From an uncultured delta proteobacterium (GTDB lineage: Bacteria > Desulfobacterota > RBG-13-43-22), in contig CAVVCH010000007.1 of NCBI GenBank assembly GCA_963746605.1, forward strand, positions 1,620 to 65,619: DNA of 64,000 bases, written 5' to 3'. Below are positions 20,967 to 31,823 of this stretch, piece by piece. Made by a program: the position numbers and the translations under genes. Position 1 is the first letter of the stretch; every line of letters starts with the position of its first letter. The notes under the pieces were generated by a model. That model had not been told where the DNA came from, did no database searches, and worked only from the letters and a program-made list of their open reading frames with translations.

Positions 20967-22124
20967 ATGGCGGAAGCAAACCGATTGGATTTTGAACAAG
21001 GCCCTATTCGTCCGCCCAATGAGGCGAAAAGCCTGTTGATCCGGGTAACACGAAACTGTTCGTGGAATCAGTGCCTGTTTTGCCCGGTCTACAAAGGAAG
21101 GGAGTTTTCTCGTCGCGGGGTGGAGGAAGTCAAGGAAGACATCAGGACCATAAAAAAAATCAAAGAGGATCTGAATTCCTTATCCCGGCGATTGGGCGCC
21201 GGCGGGGAAGTGGATGATCGGGTCATCGGACATGTTTTTCATCACGCCGAATACAGCCATGCTTACCGAAACGTGGCCGCCTGGTTGTATTACGGGGAGC
21301 ATAACGTCTTCCTCCAGGACGCCAACAATTTGATCCTCGGCACGAAAGAATTGAAAGAAATCCTGGAGTTTTTGCGGCAGGAGCTCTCACCGGTCAACCG
21401 CATCACCACCTACGCCCGGTCCAAGACGGTCAACCGGAAAACCGTGGAGGAATTGAAGACCCTGCGCCTGGCCGGCCTCGACCGGGTCCACATCGGGCTG
21501 GAAAGCGGTTCGGATGCTGTTTTGTCGCTGATGAAGAAAGGAGTCACCGCCGCCGAGCATATCGAAGCAGGGCGGAAGGTCAAGGCGGCCGGGATCTCCT
21601 TATCCGAATATATCATGCCGGGTTTGGGCGGACAGGCGTTGTGGCGGGAACACGCCCTGGAGACGGCCCGGGTATTGAATGCCATTGATCCGGATTTTAT
21701 CCGGATCCGATCGCTACGTGTTCCCTCGCGAGTACCGCTTTATTCCCAAGTGGCCGATGGTTCCTTTGTTCCCTTGACCGACGACGAAACAGCCGAAGAA
21801 CTTCATCTGCTGGTCGACAATCTGGAAGGAATCTCGAGTACCGTCACCTCCGATCATATCATGAACCTTTTGGAAGACGTTTCCGGCACGCTCCCTCAGG
21901 ACAAAGGAAAGCTGCTGGCGGCCATTGACGCCTATCGTTTTCTTTCGCCGGAAGAGAAATTGATTTACCGCTTCGGGCGGCGGGGAGGCGCCTACCGTTC
22001 AGTGAAGGACATGAAGGATTTGGTGCTGCGTAACAAAATTGAAAGAGCCGTGGAGGAGGTAAAGGCCACCCATCCGGAGGGGATAGACTCCTTTCTGAAA
22101 GAACTGGTGGATCAGACCGTCTAA
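20967..22124 (+). CDS. Radical SAM protein
   Basis: IRPPNE...RNCSWNQCLFC cluster motif; FLQDAN; HIGLESG. Confidence 0.88.
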   Translation: MAEANRLDFEQGPIRPPNEAKSLLIRVTRNCSWNQCLFCPVYKGREFSRRGVEEVKEDIRTIKKIKEDLNSLSRRLGAGGEVDDRVIGHVFHHAEYSHAYRNVAAWLYYGEHNVFLQDANNLILGTKELKEILEFLRQELSPVNRITTYARSKTVNRKTVEELKTLRLAGLDRVHIGLESGSDAVLSLMKKGVTAAEHIEAGRKVKAAGISLSEYIMPGLGGQALWREHALETARVLNAIDPDFIRIRSLRVPSRVPLYSQVADGSFVPLTDDETAEELHLLVDNLEGISSTVTSDHIMNLLEDVSGTLPQDKGKLLAAIDAYRFLSPEEKLIYRFGRRGGAYRSVKDMKDLVLRNKIERAVEEVKATHPEGIDSFLKELVDQTV

Positions 22125-22152
22125 AGAAAAACCTTTTTTCGGAGGAAGAACC

Positions 22153-22653
22153 ATGATAACACCGGAAGCTATGCGAGAGAAGGCCATGGATCTGTTTGCC
22201 CGGGATATTTACTGAGCCCAGGCCATCCTGGCCGTGGGTCTGGAAATGATCGGCGAAGAAGAAAGGGACGCGGCCATCCGGGCCATGGCCGGCTTGACCG
22301 GCGGCTGCTATCGGGGAGATCTCTGCGGGGCCATTGCCGGAGCGGCCCAGGTCGTCGGCTGCCTTTTTGGGCGAGCCAGCCTGAATGAAATGGAGGACGG
22401 TCGTCTGGCTTCCACGGTTAGAAAAGTGTATGACCGATTGAAGCAGATGGCGAAAGAAGAAATACGGCGATACCAGTTGCCGGACCATATCGAATTGTGA
22501 CTGGTACGACCCGGAAGATGTGAAGGCCCGCCGGGTGGATGGCCGACGCGACGAGTGTACCCGTTTTGTAGGGGAGTGCGCCCGGGTTGTGGGAGAGGTG
22601 CTGCTCGAAGTGGTAGGCGAGGAGGAATTGAAAATATTGCAAGGGGTAGAGTG
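22153..22653 (+). CDS. C-GCAxxG-C-C family protein, probable selenoprotein (in-frame TGA 22213-22215); +1 frameshift ~22460; 3' end approximate
   Basis: GGAGG RBS; MITPEAMREKAMDLFARDIY-UGA-AQAILAVG...GGCYRGDLCGAIAGA...YGDTSCRTI...ECTRFV; UGA occupies the first conserved Cys position. Confidence 0.75.
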
Positions 22654-22734
22654 AAGTGAAAAGAAGAGGGGAGAAGGAAGAGGGAAGATAGAAGAAAAAA
22701 ATCTCCTGCTCCGCGAAAAAGACCCCGCCAGAGG

Positions 22735-22835
22735 CGTGAGTTCTTTGAAAAATCGGCGTCTCAGCGATTTTTCAAAAACTAAATTCGTCTTTCTCTAGCC
22801 CCTCGGCGAACTCGAGCGAAGCGGGCGAGAGATAA
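22735..22835. repeat. Intergenic palindrome plus 9-mer-family arm between convergent genes
   Basis: tttgaaaaatcg-N9-cgatttttcaaa; ctcggcgaactcgagcgaagcgggcg resembles the reverse complement of ~240-265. Confidence 0.55.
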
Positions 22836-22896
22836 AAAGAACACCCCCGGTAAATACATTTATGAGACTGTTGATAATCTAGAGGCCGGAGGAAAA

Positions 22897-24648
22897 TTAT
22901 TCCTCTACGAACAGGTTTACCAACTTTTTCCCCCGGATATCCGCCAGTCCTTTGTCGGTCAGTCGGATAAAGGGCAGGCCGGTAAAACAAAAGGTTTGCA
23001 GGGTCAGGAAAGGGCGTTCCAGGTCGGAGCCCAATGATCGAAAGGCCTGCTCCACGGCTTCGATCTGCCGTTGCAGCACGGGCAGGGGCTCTTCGGAAAT
23101 GAGTCCCATGATCGGCAGCGGCATCTCCGCCAGCACCCGCTCCCCGGCGGCGACCACCAAGCCGCCGGCTAAATCCAACAGTCGGTTTACCGCCAGGGCC
23201 ATTTCCCGGTCACTGGCCCCGATTACCAGGAGGTTGTTGGCGTCCCACCCCAGACTGGTGGCCACCGCCCCCTTTTTCAGACCGAACCCCTGGGCAAAAC
23301 CCAACGCCGGGCAAGGCAGCGCAGCCAACCGCTGAAAGACCGCCATCTTCAAAACATCCTGCCGAGGATCCGCTTCCAAAAATCCTTTTTGACTCTTCAG
23401 CCGAACGCTGGATTCCCGGGTAATGGTGGAGCCGACGGCTTTGACGACCCGGACGGTAGTTTCCGGGCCCGGCGCCGGCAGCGCCAAACTCTCCGGCTCG
23501 ATCCGGGAAAGGGAAAAAGATCGGCGGGCCTCGGGCGGATAGGCAAAAGGGTCCGAAGAAAGCAGCGGCCGTCCCTCGTCCACGGCCAGTCGGCCCCCCA
23601 CCCACACCCGGCGGCATTCAAAATCACGCAGGTCTTCCACCAGCACCAGATCGGCTAACTTTCCCGGGGCCACCCCGCCCAGGTCCCGCAGGCCGTAATA
23701 ATCGGCCACGTTGCGAGTGACCATCTGCACCGCCACCAGGGGATCCACCCCCAGTTCCACGGCCCGGGCCAGCAGGGCGTTCATCCCCCGTCCCCGCACC
23801 AGATCGGCCGGGTCAAACAGATCGGAGACGATCATCATTCGGTGCAGGTCAACCCCTTGCCGGGCAATCGGGGCGATCGCCTGAAATTCCCGGCGGACAA
23901 ACCCTTCCCGGATCATGACCGCCAGACCCAGGCGAAGCCGCTCCAAGGCCTCGTCCAGGGTTGTCGCCTCATGACAGGAGGTCGTGCCCGCGGCCGCATA
24001 CGCCATCAGATTTTCTCCCCGGGCCCCGGCGGCATGCCCTTCCCGGGTCTTATTCAGGCGGTGAGCCAGGGCATAACCGGACATGACCCGAGGATCCAGA
24101 CCGGTTACCCGGGGCCAATAGGCCTCTCCTTCCCCCAGGACCAAGGGACTTCTCAAGATTCGGCGGAAGTCCCCCCGAGACCAGCCTTGACTGGTTTCCA
24201 ATTCGGGGTAGGGAGGAGTCAGGGCCGGGGCTAAAAAGAAGATCCGCAGGGGTTGGCGGCCGGCCTCTTCCATGAACCAATCCACCCCGGTCTTTCCCAG
24301 GACATTGGCGATCATGGCCATTTCCGTTACCGCCGTGGTGTTACCTGTGGCCAAGGCATAAGGGCTGTATGCCCCGCAGGTAAAGATACTGTCTAAATGG
24401 GTATGGGCGTCGATCAATCCGGGAAGGAGGTATTTCCCTTTCCCGTTCACTACCTGTGTTTTCGGCCCTATCAGAGGACCGGACTCGGGTCCTACATAGG
24501 CGATGCGGTCTTGGGAGATCCCGACCGAAAACGAGGGCTGGATCTCCCGGGAATACACATTGACTAATTGGATGTTTTCGATGACCACCTCGGCCTTTTT
24601 TCGGCCCTGGGCCACCTGAATGAGTTCTTTTACTCGTTCCGTCCGCAT
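22897..24648 (-). CDS. ade: Adenine deaminase
   Basis: PGLIDAHTHLDS metal site, EGH, HEAT, IREG, GGVAPGKLAD; C-terminal LPIMGLIS. Confidence 0.88.
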   Translation of the reverse strand: MRTERVKELIQVAQGRKKAEVVIENIQLVNVYSREIQPSFSVGISQDRIAYVGPESGPLIGPKTQVVNGKGKYLLPGLIDAHTHLDSIFTCGAYSPYALATGNTTAVTEMAMIANVLGKTGVDWFMEEAGRQPLRIFFLAPALTPPYPELETSQGWSRGDFRRILRSPLVLGEGEAYWPRVTGLDPRVMSGYALAHRLNKTREGHAAGARGENLMAYAAAGTTSCHEATTLDEALERLRLGLAVMIREGFVRREFQAIAPIARQGVDLHRMMIVSDLFDPADLVRGRGMNALLARAVELGVDPLVAVQMVTRNVADYYGLRDLGGVAPGKLADLVLVEDLRDFECRRVWVGGRLAVDEGRPLLSSDPFAYPPEARRSFSLSRIEPESLALPAPGPETTVRVVKAVGSTITRESSVRLKSQKGFLEADPRQDVLKMAVFQRLAALPCPALGFAQGFGLKKGAVATSLGWDANNLLVIGASDREMALAVNRLLDLAGGLVVAAGERVLAEMPLPIMGLISEEPLPVLQRQIEAVEQAFRSLGSDLERPFLTLQTFCFTGLPFIRLTDKGLADIRGKKLVNLFVEE

Positions 24649-24702
24649 AACGGTCCTTCCTTTTTAAGGGGGTAAGGCGAGTTTCGCGAGAATGGCGGGG
24701 AA

Positions 24703-25914
24703 TTACAAGATCTGGAAATCTTCCGAGGCCGTAGTCAAGGGTTCAAGCCCCTGTTGGGTCAGGACATAGGTATTCTCCACTCCCACCAGCCCAATCCCCG
24801 GTAGGATCACCTTGGGCTCCAAGGCCAGAACCATGTTTTCCCCCAGGGGCCAACTAAATTTGGGGGCAATCAAGGGCAACTCATCCAGCTCCAGACCTAC
24901 CCCGTGTCCTACATAGGCGGCCCGGGCGGCGTCGGATCCCATGAAATGGTCCCGGTACCCCAGTCGGGTGGCGGCTTCCACGGCCCAATGATAGATCTGT
25001 TCCCCGGTGATCCCCGGTTGGGCCCTATCCTTGATCAGTTCCTGGACCTCGATCATGGCCTGGTAGGCCTTGAGGGCGGCCGCCGCCGGCCTTCCCAGGG
25101 AAAACATGCGGGTCTGATCGACGATATATCCGTTAAAACAGCCGCAGTAATCGATGCTGATCGGTTCCCCTGACCGGAGCGTTTTTAAACCCGCCCCCTG
25201 GCTGAAAGCCGGCCCCGTACCCAGTCCACCGGAAGGGGAGTCGATGTAGGAGGCCCGAACCCCTTCCGGGCCGGAAAGGATATGGCCGTAAAATACCTCC
25301 TGGTTGAAGCCTCGGGTACGAATGTAACCCTGATGCCCCTTATGGCGCAGGAAAGATTCCAGGCGGCCGGCTAATTCCAGTTCGGTCAGCCCCGGTTTTA
25401 GCTGTGAAGGCACAGCCCGCACCAGGTCGGCCATCATCTGGGCCGCCTGCTTCAGGTTTTCAATCTCCCAGGCGGATTTGATCATCCGGCAGCGTCGGAG
25501 TTGAACGCTGAAGTCCAGCAGGTGGGCCGTCGGGAAAAGTTTTTCGAACTGCAGGTAGATCAGGGCCGGTAAGATATCCAGTTCCAGTCCCAGGGTCTGG
25601 GGCAAGAGGACATCCCTTTCCAGAAGGGCGACCGGAAGGTCCCGCAGGGAAGTCAGGGGTAAGATTTTCTCCAGGGAGGATTCCTCCCGGGCCCGCTCGA
25701 TGTTTTTTCGAATAAAAAGGATTGGTTCTTCCTGGGGCTGGAGAAAAAGGACACCCGGCTGCATGGTTCCGGAAAAATAGAAACGATCCATGTTCTGGAA
25801 CAGGAGGACCCCCTCGAACCCGTCCTGGACCATCATTTCCTGAATAGCCTGCAGGCGATGTTCAATCTCGGAGGCCGGGACGTAAAGGCCGGGTGGGCTG
25901 AATTCGGAGACCAT
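24703..25914 (-). CDS. Xaa-Pro peptidase family protein (M24)
   Basis: RMIKSAWE, DQTR, GHGVGLELDE, LEPK, GVEN. Confidence 0.92.
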   Translation of the reverse strand: MVSEFSPPGLYVPASEIEHRLQAIQEMMVQDGFEGVLLFQNMDRFYFSGTMQPGVLFLQPQEEPILFIRKNIERAREESSLEKILPLTSLRDLPVALLERDVLLPQTLGLELDILPALIYLQFEKLFPTAHLLDFSVQLRRCRMIKSAWEIENLKQAAQMMADLVRAVPSQLKPGLTELELAGRLESFLRHKGHQGYIRTRGFNQEVFYGHILSGPEGVRASYIDSPSGGLGTGPAFSQGAGLKTLRSGEPISIDYCGCFNGYIVDQTRMFSLGRPAAAALKAYQAMIEVQELIKDRAQPGITGEQIYHWAVEAATRLGYRDHFMGSDAARAAYVGHGVGLELDELPLIAPKFSWPLGENMVLALEPKVILPGIGLVGVENTYVLTQQGLEPLTTASEDFQIL

Positions 25915-26068
25915 AATGATAAATTATGAAAGAGCCTTTCCGACTTGTCAATGTCTTTCGGTTCCCGGGAACAAATTGATTGACAAGTTTCGGGAATCAT
26001 AATAAAAATTTAATGATTGGTTCCACTTCCGGCCGGCGTTCACTCATTACTCACTCCGCAAGGATGCC

Positions 26069-28151
26069 ATGAAACTAAGAACCAAAGCCTCCCTCTTTTT
26101 ATCGACTCTCCTGGTCGCTATTTTTTTAGGACAGGCCCTCTATTTCTACTATGTTCTGGAGAAGGCCCTGCTGAATCAGACCCATCATCGGCAGGAAGAA
26201 ATTGTGAGTCTGCTGGGTGACCGTCTCGATGTGGGTATTCGAAGCGCCCAAACCGATCTGTTGAATATCGCCGCTCATCTGGATTTCACGTTGCTGAAAG
26301 AATAAGAAATCCGGCCTGCTCGAATCCTATCTGCAGGCCGCTTTTAATTTTAATTCGGATTTCGACAACGGGTATTTTATCCTGGACGCGCAGGGCCGAG
26401 GATTGGCGGACTACCCGGCCGGAGCGGATTTTCTGGGACAGGATTTTTCCTTTCGGGATTATTTTCAAAAGACCCGGGATGAAAAACGACCGGTCATTTC
26501 CAAGACCTACCTTTCCAAGCGCACCGGGGCGCCGGTGATCACCTTTACCGCCCCCCTCAGGAGTTATGACGGGATATTTTTCGGGGTCTTAGCCGGTTCC
26601 GTAAATCTGCTGCGGGATAACATGTTCGGCATTTTTAAAGGGAATCGTATCGGCCAAACCGGAAAAATATTGATTTACGATTCGAGAGGGCAACTGATTT
26701 TTCATCCCGACCCGGGAATCATTCTGAATCCAACCCGACTGGCGGAATACCGGATCTCTCCCGAACTGTTCGGCCAAAAGGCCAAAGGCACGATTCTCCG
26801 CTCCGGCGGGGAGAAGAATGAAGTCTGCATTTCCTTTTATCGGATGGGAAGCACGGACTGGATCGTGGCCCTTCAGACCGAGTCCCGGGAAATCTTAGCT
26901 CCCCTGGAGGTCTTACGAAAGGAGGTGGCCCTGGCCCTGTTGCTGGCCTTGATCGCCGCCATCGGATTGGGTATCTGGGGCATGGGGATTTTGGTGAGAC
27001 CCATCCAAGCCCTCAGTCGGAGTATCAAACATTTTCAGGGGGAAACGTGGGAGGAGCCTCCCGGCCTGTTGAACCGATCCGATGAAATCGGCGAATTGGG
27101 CCAGGATTTCAAGGGAATGAGTCTCAATCGGCGCCGAATCGAAAAGGATCTGCAGGAAAAGAAGGAGCAGTTGGAATTCCATTATGCCCTCTCCGAGGAG
27201 GTCAACCGGTCCCTGGATTTGAATACGCTGCTCAACCGGGCGGTGGAGATGATCACCCGAAAATCCAATGTTCCCATGATCGGCATCTTGATCTTGAATG
27301 AGGGGACCCAGGAACTGGAATACCTGGTACGATCCGGCTATCCGCCGGAACATATCCGGGATCATGATAAAATCCCCCTGAGCCAGGGGGCCTCCGGCCA
27401 GGTGGCCCGGACCGGGGAATCCTTGATCATCCCGGACTACAGCCGCTATCCCCAGGCCTTCCTCTCTTCCCAGGAAAAGGGCGGGATCGGCTCCATGGCG
27501 GTTTTCCCCTTGAAGATACAGGAACGCGTCGTCGGAATCCTGAATATCGCCGACCCGGAGCCCCAGGCCTTTTCTCCGGATAAAATCGATTTTTTTCAGC
27601 AACTGGCGCCGATTTTGGCCGGGGCCATTAATAATGCCCGGACCTACCAGCAGACCCAACATTTGAACCAGGCCCTGGTCGAGTTGAGCCGGATGGACGG
27701 CCTGACCGGGGTCTTCAACCGGCGTTACCTGGAAGAACGGTTGAGCGAAGAAATCAACCGATGTCGCAGACATGGGGGCTATCTGGGATTGATGATGATC
27801 GACGTGGATGATTTCAAGCAAATCAACGATAGCTTCGGTCATGCCGTCGGAGATGAGGTTTTGAAAGCGGCGGCCGATTTGATTCAAAAAAGTTGTCGAA
27901 ATATTGATATCGTCGGTCGATACGGCGGGGATGAATTTCTGGTCATTTTGATCGAAACCACGGAACCTGAAGCCCTGAAGATCGCCGAGCGCATCCGACA
28001 GAAGGCCGAGGAGGTGGCCATACCGCCCCATCAGCCTTTGCTCAGCCTTTCGATCGGGGTGGCTTCTCAAAACAGCGACTATGAAGGGATTCTGAAAAAA
28101 GCCGACGATCGCATGTACGCCCAAAAACGGTTGAACCCTCTCCGTTCCTGA
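26069..28151 (+). CDS. Diguanylate cyclase with Cache, HAMP, GAF and GGDEF domains; +1 frameshift ~26300
   Basis: TM; FSFRDYF Cache motif; RSDEIGEL HAMP; GAF; DGLTG, FKQINDSFGH, RYGGDEF. Confidence 0.88.
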
Positions 28152-28192
28152 GCGGAAAGGCTGCAACCATCTCACCAAAAGTAGAGGTATTT

Positions 28193-28846
28193 ATGAAGCT
28201 GAATTTTATTAAAGCCCGCGATCTGCCTGATGCCTGGTTTCAGGCCGTCTACGAGATCCTGGAACACGGCCGGGAGTATGTGATCGACCGGGGAAGCTGC
28301 GAAGGGCAAAAAAGGTTGGAATTCGATTACCTGACTGTCCAAATCAAGCATCCGGGGACCCGGCCGCTGATTCCCGACATCCCGCCGAATCTGGGGATTC
28401 CCAATCCCGTGGCCGAAGGCTACGTGGAACAGTACCTGCCCTATTTAATGACGGCCGTCAAACAGGAGAACGAGGATTATACCTACGGACAATATTTAGA
28501 ACCTCAGATTCAGGAAGTCATCCGCATGTATAAAGAGGACGGCTACGGGACCAACCAGGCCTATATGACGGTGGGGAATCCCCAGGCCATCTATCTGAAA
28601 GACCCTCCCTGCCTCCGGGGGATCGACACTCGCATCCGTGACGGGCGGCTCCATTTTTTTGTATATTTCCGATCCTGGGATCTCTGGAACGGCTTCCCGG
28701 CCAACCTGGCCGCCATTCAAATGTTGAAGGAGTACATGGCCCAGGAGATCGGGGTGGAGGACGGTCAGATCATCGCCGCCAGTAAAGGGTTGCATCTCTA
28801 CGACTATGTCTGGGAATTGGCGAAGCTGCGCACCCTTAAAAAATAA
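28193..28846 (+). CDS. thyA: Thymidylate synthase, short (archaeal-like) form
   Basis: YTYG, DPPCL catalytic Cys, FRSWD, FPANL, GLHLY. Confidence 0.82.
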   Translation: MKLNFIKARDLPDAWFQAVYEILEHGREYVIDRGSCEGQKRLEFDYLTVQIKHPGTRPLIPDIPPNLGIPNPVAEGYVEQYLPYLMTAVKQENEDYTYGQYLEPQIQEVIRMYKEDGYGTNQAYMTVGNPQAIYLKDPPCLRGIDTRIRDGRLHFFVYFRSWDLWNGFPANLAAIQMLKEYMAQEIGVEDGQIIAASKGLHLYDYVWELAKLRTLKK

Positions 28847-29192
28847 ATTCGAAATCCGAAGCACCAAATTCGAGACAAACAACAATAATGGACTCGCAAA
28901 AAGTCCCGAACTGTCATCCTGAACCCTTCGCCTCCTGTCATCCTGAGCAACGCGAAGGATCTCGCTTTTCGGCTCAGGGTAAACTGCGTGAAGGATCTCA
29001 GAACTAGTTGAAATCCAAGATTCTTCGCATTCGCTCAGAATGACAAACTCTTGCTGACGTACTTTTTGCGAAACCATCAACATTGATTTTTTCTGCTAAC
29101 GGACCGCTGCGGCTTAGGGAGAGGGTTGTTTTGAATTTTGAATTTCGGTCATTTGGATTTGTTTCGGATTTCGGATTTCGGGTTTCGAATTT
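28845..29192. repeat. Heptamer inverted-arm element (GAAATCC / GGATTTC) enclosing a MITE
   Basis: Left arm aaattcgaaatccgaagcaccaaattcgagacaaac; right arm ttttgaatttcggtcatttggatttgtttcggatttcggatttcgggtttcgaattt; same family as 4900-5040. Confidence 0.8.
28886..29079. mobile_element. MITE family A, copy 3, with a different REP-like interior
   Basis: TIRs taatggactcgcaaaaagtc / actttttgcgaaaccatca; flanks acaa/acat; interior tgtcatcctgagcaacgcgaaggatct ... agattcttcgcattcgctcagaatgaca. Confidence 0.7.
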
Positions 29193-29237
29193 TCCCCTAA
29201 AAGGACTTCTCTTTCAATTCGCTGGGCGAGTTGCTCC

Positions 29238-30485
29238 ATGTCCCCTCACGACGTAATCGTCATCGGCGGGGGCGCCTCGGGATTGATGGCCGCCGGACGG
29301 GCAGCGGAAATGGGCGCCCGCGTTCTCCTCCTGGAAAAGATGCCCCGCCTGGGTTTAAAGCTGGGCCTCACCGGGAAGGGACGGGGCAACCTGACCAACC
29401 AAGGAGATATCCAGACCTTCATCGAAAGTTATTCTCCCGATGGAAAATTCCTGCGCAATTGTTTCGCCCGATTTTTCAATCAGGATCTGATGGACTTTTT
29501 TGAAACGCTGGGAGTCCCGTTAACCGTGGAACGGGGCCAGCGGGTTTTCCCGGCCTCGGACCGGGCACTGGACCTGGTTTCCGCCCTCCTTCGTTACGGC
29601 CAACAAGGCCGGGTCAGGATCACCAAAGAACACCCGGTGGAGAAAATTGAGGTTGGGGACGGAGCGGTCAAGGGGGTCTGGTCCCAAGGACGTTATTTTG
29701 AAGCCCAGGCGGTGGTCCTGGCTACCGGCGGGGCCTCCTATCCCCAGACCGGCTCCTCCGGGGACGGTTATCGTCTGGCGAGGTCGCTGGGACACACCAT
29801 TATTCCCATCAGACCCTATTTAATCCCCCTGGTGACCGAGGACGACGAGGTCTCCGGACTGCAGGGCTTGTCCTTAAAGAATGTCCGGGCGACCCTTTAC
29901 CTGGAGGGGAAGAAAGATCAATCGGAGTTCGGGGAGATGATCTTTACCCATTTTGGCCTGTCGGGTCCGATTATCCTGACGCTGAGCGGACGGGCCGTTG
30001 ATCGGCTGCCTAAAGGGAAAGTGGAAGTGTCTTTGAATTTCAAACCGGCGTTGACGCCGGAACAGATCGATCTCAGGTTGAGGAGGGAGTTTCAGGAAAA
30101 TCCCTTGAAGGGGGCCGGATCGGTATTGAAAAACCTGCTCCCCGCGCGGCTGGTACCGGTTTTTTTATCCCGGGCGGATGTTTCGGCGGAGAAAAAGAGC
30201 AATCAAATCACCTCCGGCGAACGGCAGCGGATCAAAAATCTTTTGTCCGATTTTCGTCTCACCGTCCAGGGGCATCGTCCTCTGGAGGAGGCCATCATTA
30301 CGGCCGGTGGAATTGCCCTGAAAGAAGTGGACCCGCGCACCCTGGAATCAAAAAAGATAAAAAATTTGTTTCTCTGCGGGGAGGTTCTGGATATTCAAGG
30401 ACGGACCGGGGGCTTTAATCTGCAGGCGGCGTTTTCCACCGGCTGGCTGGCCGGTACCCACGCGGCCGAAAAGCTTCGAATTTAA
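29238..30485 (+). CDS. NAD(P)/FAD-dependent oxidoreductase, HI0933/BaiN family
   Basis: GGGASG, TGKGRGNLTN, ATGGASYPQTGSSGDG, FTHFGLSGP, TGGFNLQAAFSTG. Confidence 0.93.
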   Translation: MSPHDVIVIGGGASGLMAAGRAAEMGARVLLLEKMPRLGLKLGLTGKGRGNLTNQGDIQTFIESYSPDGKFLRNCFARFFNQDLMDFFETLGVPLTVERGQRVFPASDRALDLVSALLRYGQQGRVRITKEHPVEKIEVGDGAVKGVWSQGRYFEAQAVVLATGGASYPQTGSSGDGYRLARSLGHTIIPIRPYLIPLVTEDDEVSGLQGLSLKNVRATLYLEGKKDQSEFGEMIFTHFGLSGPIILTLSGRAVDRLPKGKVEVSLNFKPALTPEQIDLRLRREFQENPLKGAGSVLKNLLPARLVPVFLSRADVSAEKKSNQITSGERQRIKNLLSDFRLTVQGHRPLEEAIITAGGIALKEVDPRTLESKKIKNLFLCGEVLDIQGRTGGFNLQAAFSTGWLAGTHAAEKLRI

Positions 30486-30537
30486 CCCGAAGTCTCACCG
30501 AACGAAACGGGCGAAGGAGAGGGCCGTTTCTTAAGGC

Positions 30538-30578
30538 TCCCTCTCCCCGACGCGGGAGAGGGTTGGGGTGAGGGGGAT
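30538..30578. repeat. REP-like GC-rich palindrome
   Basis: ccctctccc-cgacgc-gggagaggg ttggggtgaggg; partial relative at ~29117. Confidence 0.6.
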
Positions 30579-30647
30579 AACCGTAGTTCAAGGCCGTTGC
30601 CGTTATAAAATTTTTGGCCAGAGTGTCCACCCGCAAAGCATGAAAAT

Positions 30648-31728
30648 ATGGAACGAGTCGATTTAAGAAACCTGACCCGCCAGGAATTGAAGGCCTGGGC
30701 GGCTAAACGGGGACTGGAACCCTACCGGGGGGACCAGATTTTTCAGTGGATCCAGTCGCCCGGGATCGAAACCTTCGACCAGATAACCAATTTGGCGAAA
30801 AAATGGCGGGCCAAACTGGAAGAAGAAGCCATCCTGAGCCGGTTGACGGCCCGGGAGATCGAAACCTCCCGGGACGGCACCCGCAAATTTTTATGGGACC
30901 TGGAAGACGGGGAACGGATCGAAAGCGTCCTGATCCCGGAACGGGGCCATTACACCCTGTGCATTTCCTCCCAGGTGGGCTGCGCCCAGCAGTGCCGTTT
31001 TTGTCATACCGGCCGGATCGGCCTGCGTCGGAATTTGAGCGCGGCGGAAATCGTCAACCAGGTGCGCACGGTAAAAGGCCATCTGGCGGGCGACCCCATT
31101 CAGTTGACCAACGTGGTCCTGATGGGTATGGGGGAGCCGCTGGCCAATTTCAAGAATACGCTGCGGGCCCTGCAGATCCTGTTGGACCCTCATGGGCTTG
31201 CAGATGTCCTACCGGCACGTGACCCTGTCCACGGCCGGGTTGATTCCGGAGATGAAGATCCTGGGCGAGCAGTCCCCGGTGGGCCTGGCCGTGTCTTTGA
31301 ATGCCGCCGACGACGCCACCCGCAGCCTGCTCATGCCGGTCAACCGGCGTTACCCGCTCCGGGACCTGATCGAGGCCTGCCGCTCCTATCCGCTTGCCGC
31401 GCGGCAGCGGATTACCTTCGAATACATACTCCTGGAAGGAATCAACGACTCCCTCCGGTCGGCCAAAGATCTGGCGGACCTGCTGAAGGGGGTCAAGGCC
31501 AAAATCAATCTGATCCCCTTCAATCCCCACGAAGGCACCGAATTCCGGCCGCCCACGGAGCAGCGGCTCCTGGCCTTCCAGGAAGCCCTGATCAGCCGCC
31601 ACTACACGGTCATCATCCGCCGGAGCAAAGGCAGCGACATCTCCGCCGCCTGCGGCCAGCTCCATGCCCGCTGGACCGGGGCCGAGCGCTCTTCGGCCAG
31701 CGGTGGAACAACTTCCGGGACGGTGTGA
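30648..31728 (+). CDS. rlmN: 23S rRNA (adenine(2503)-C2)-methyltransferase; +1 frameshift ~31195
   Basis: DGTRK, IESV, CISSQVGCAQQCRFC, MGMGEP, SLNA, FEY, INLIPFNP, DISAACGQL. Confidence 0.95.
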
Positions 31729-31823
31729 TTGGAAGGGGATATAAAAAATAAAGATTTGGCCCCGTCTTCCCGATGGTTTTCGCGGTGTATGGGATATTGT
31801 TTAGATGATAGAATCCAGAGAAC

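Noticed and set aside
21050-21085. Non-canonical CX4CX2C radical SAM motif as a novelty
   Set aside because: This spacing is typical of the family that begins with the IRPP motif.
30648-31728. rlmN and other split genes as true pseudogenes or programmed frameshifts
   Set aside because: All breaks are +1 insertions with otherwise intact motifs, best explained by sequencing error.
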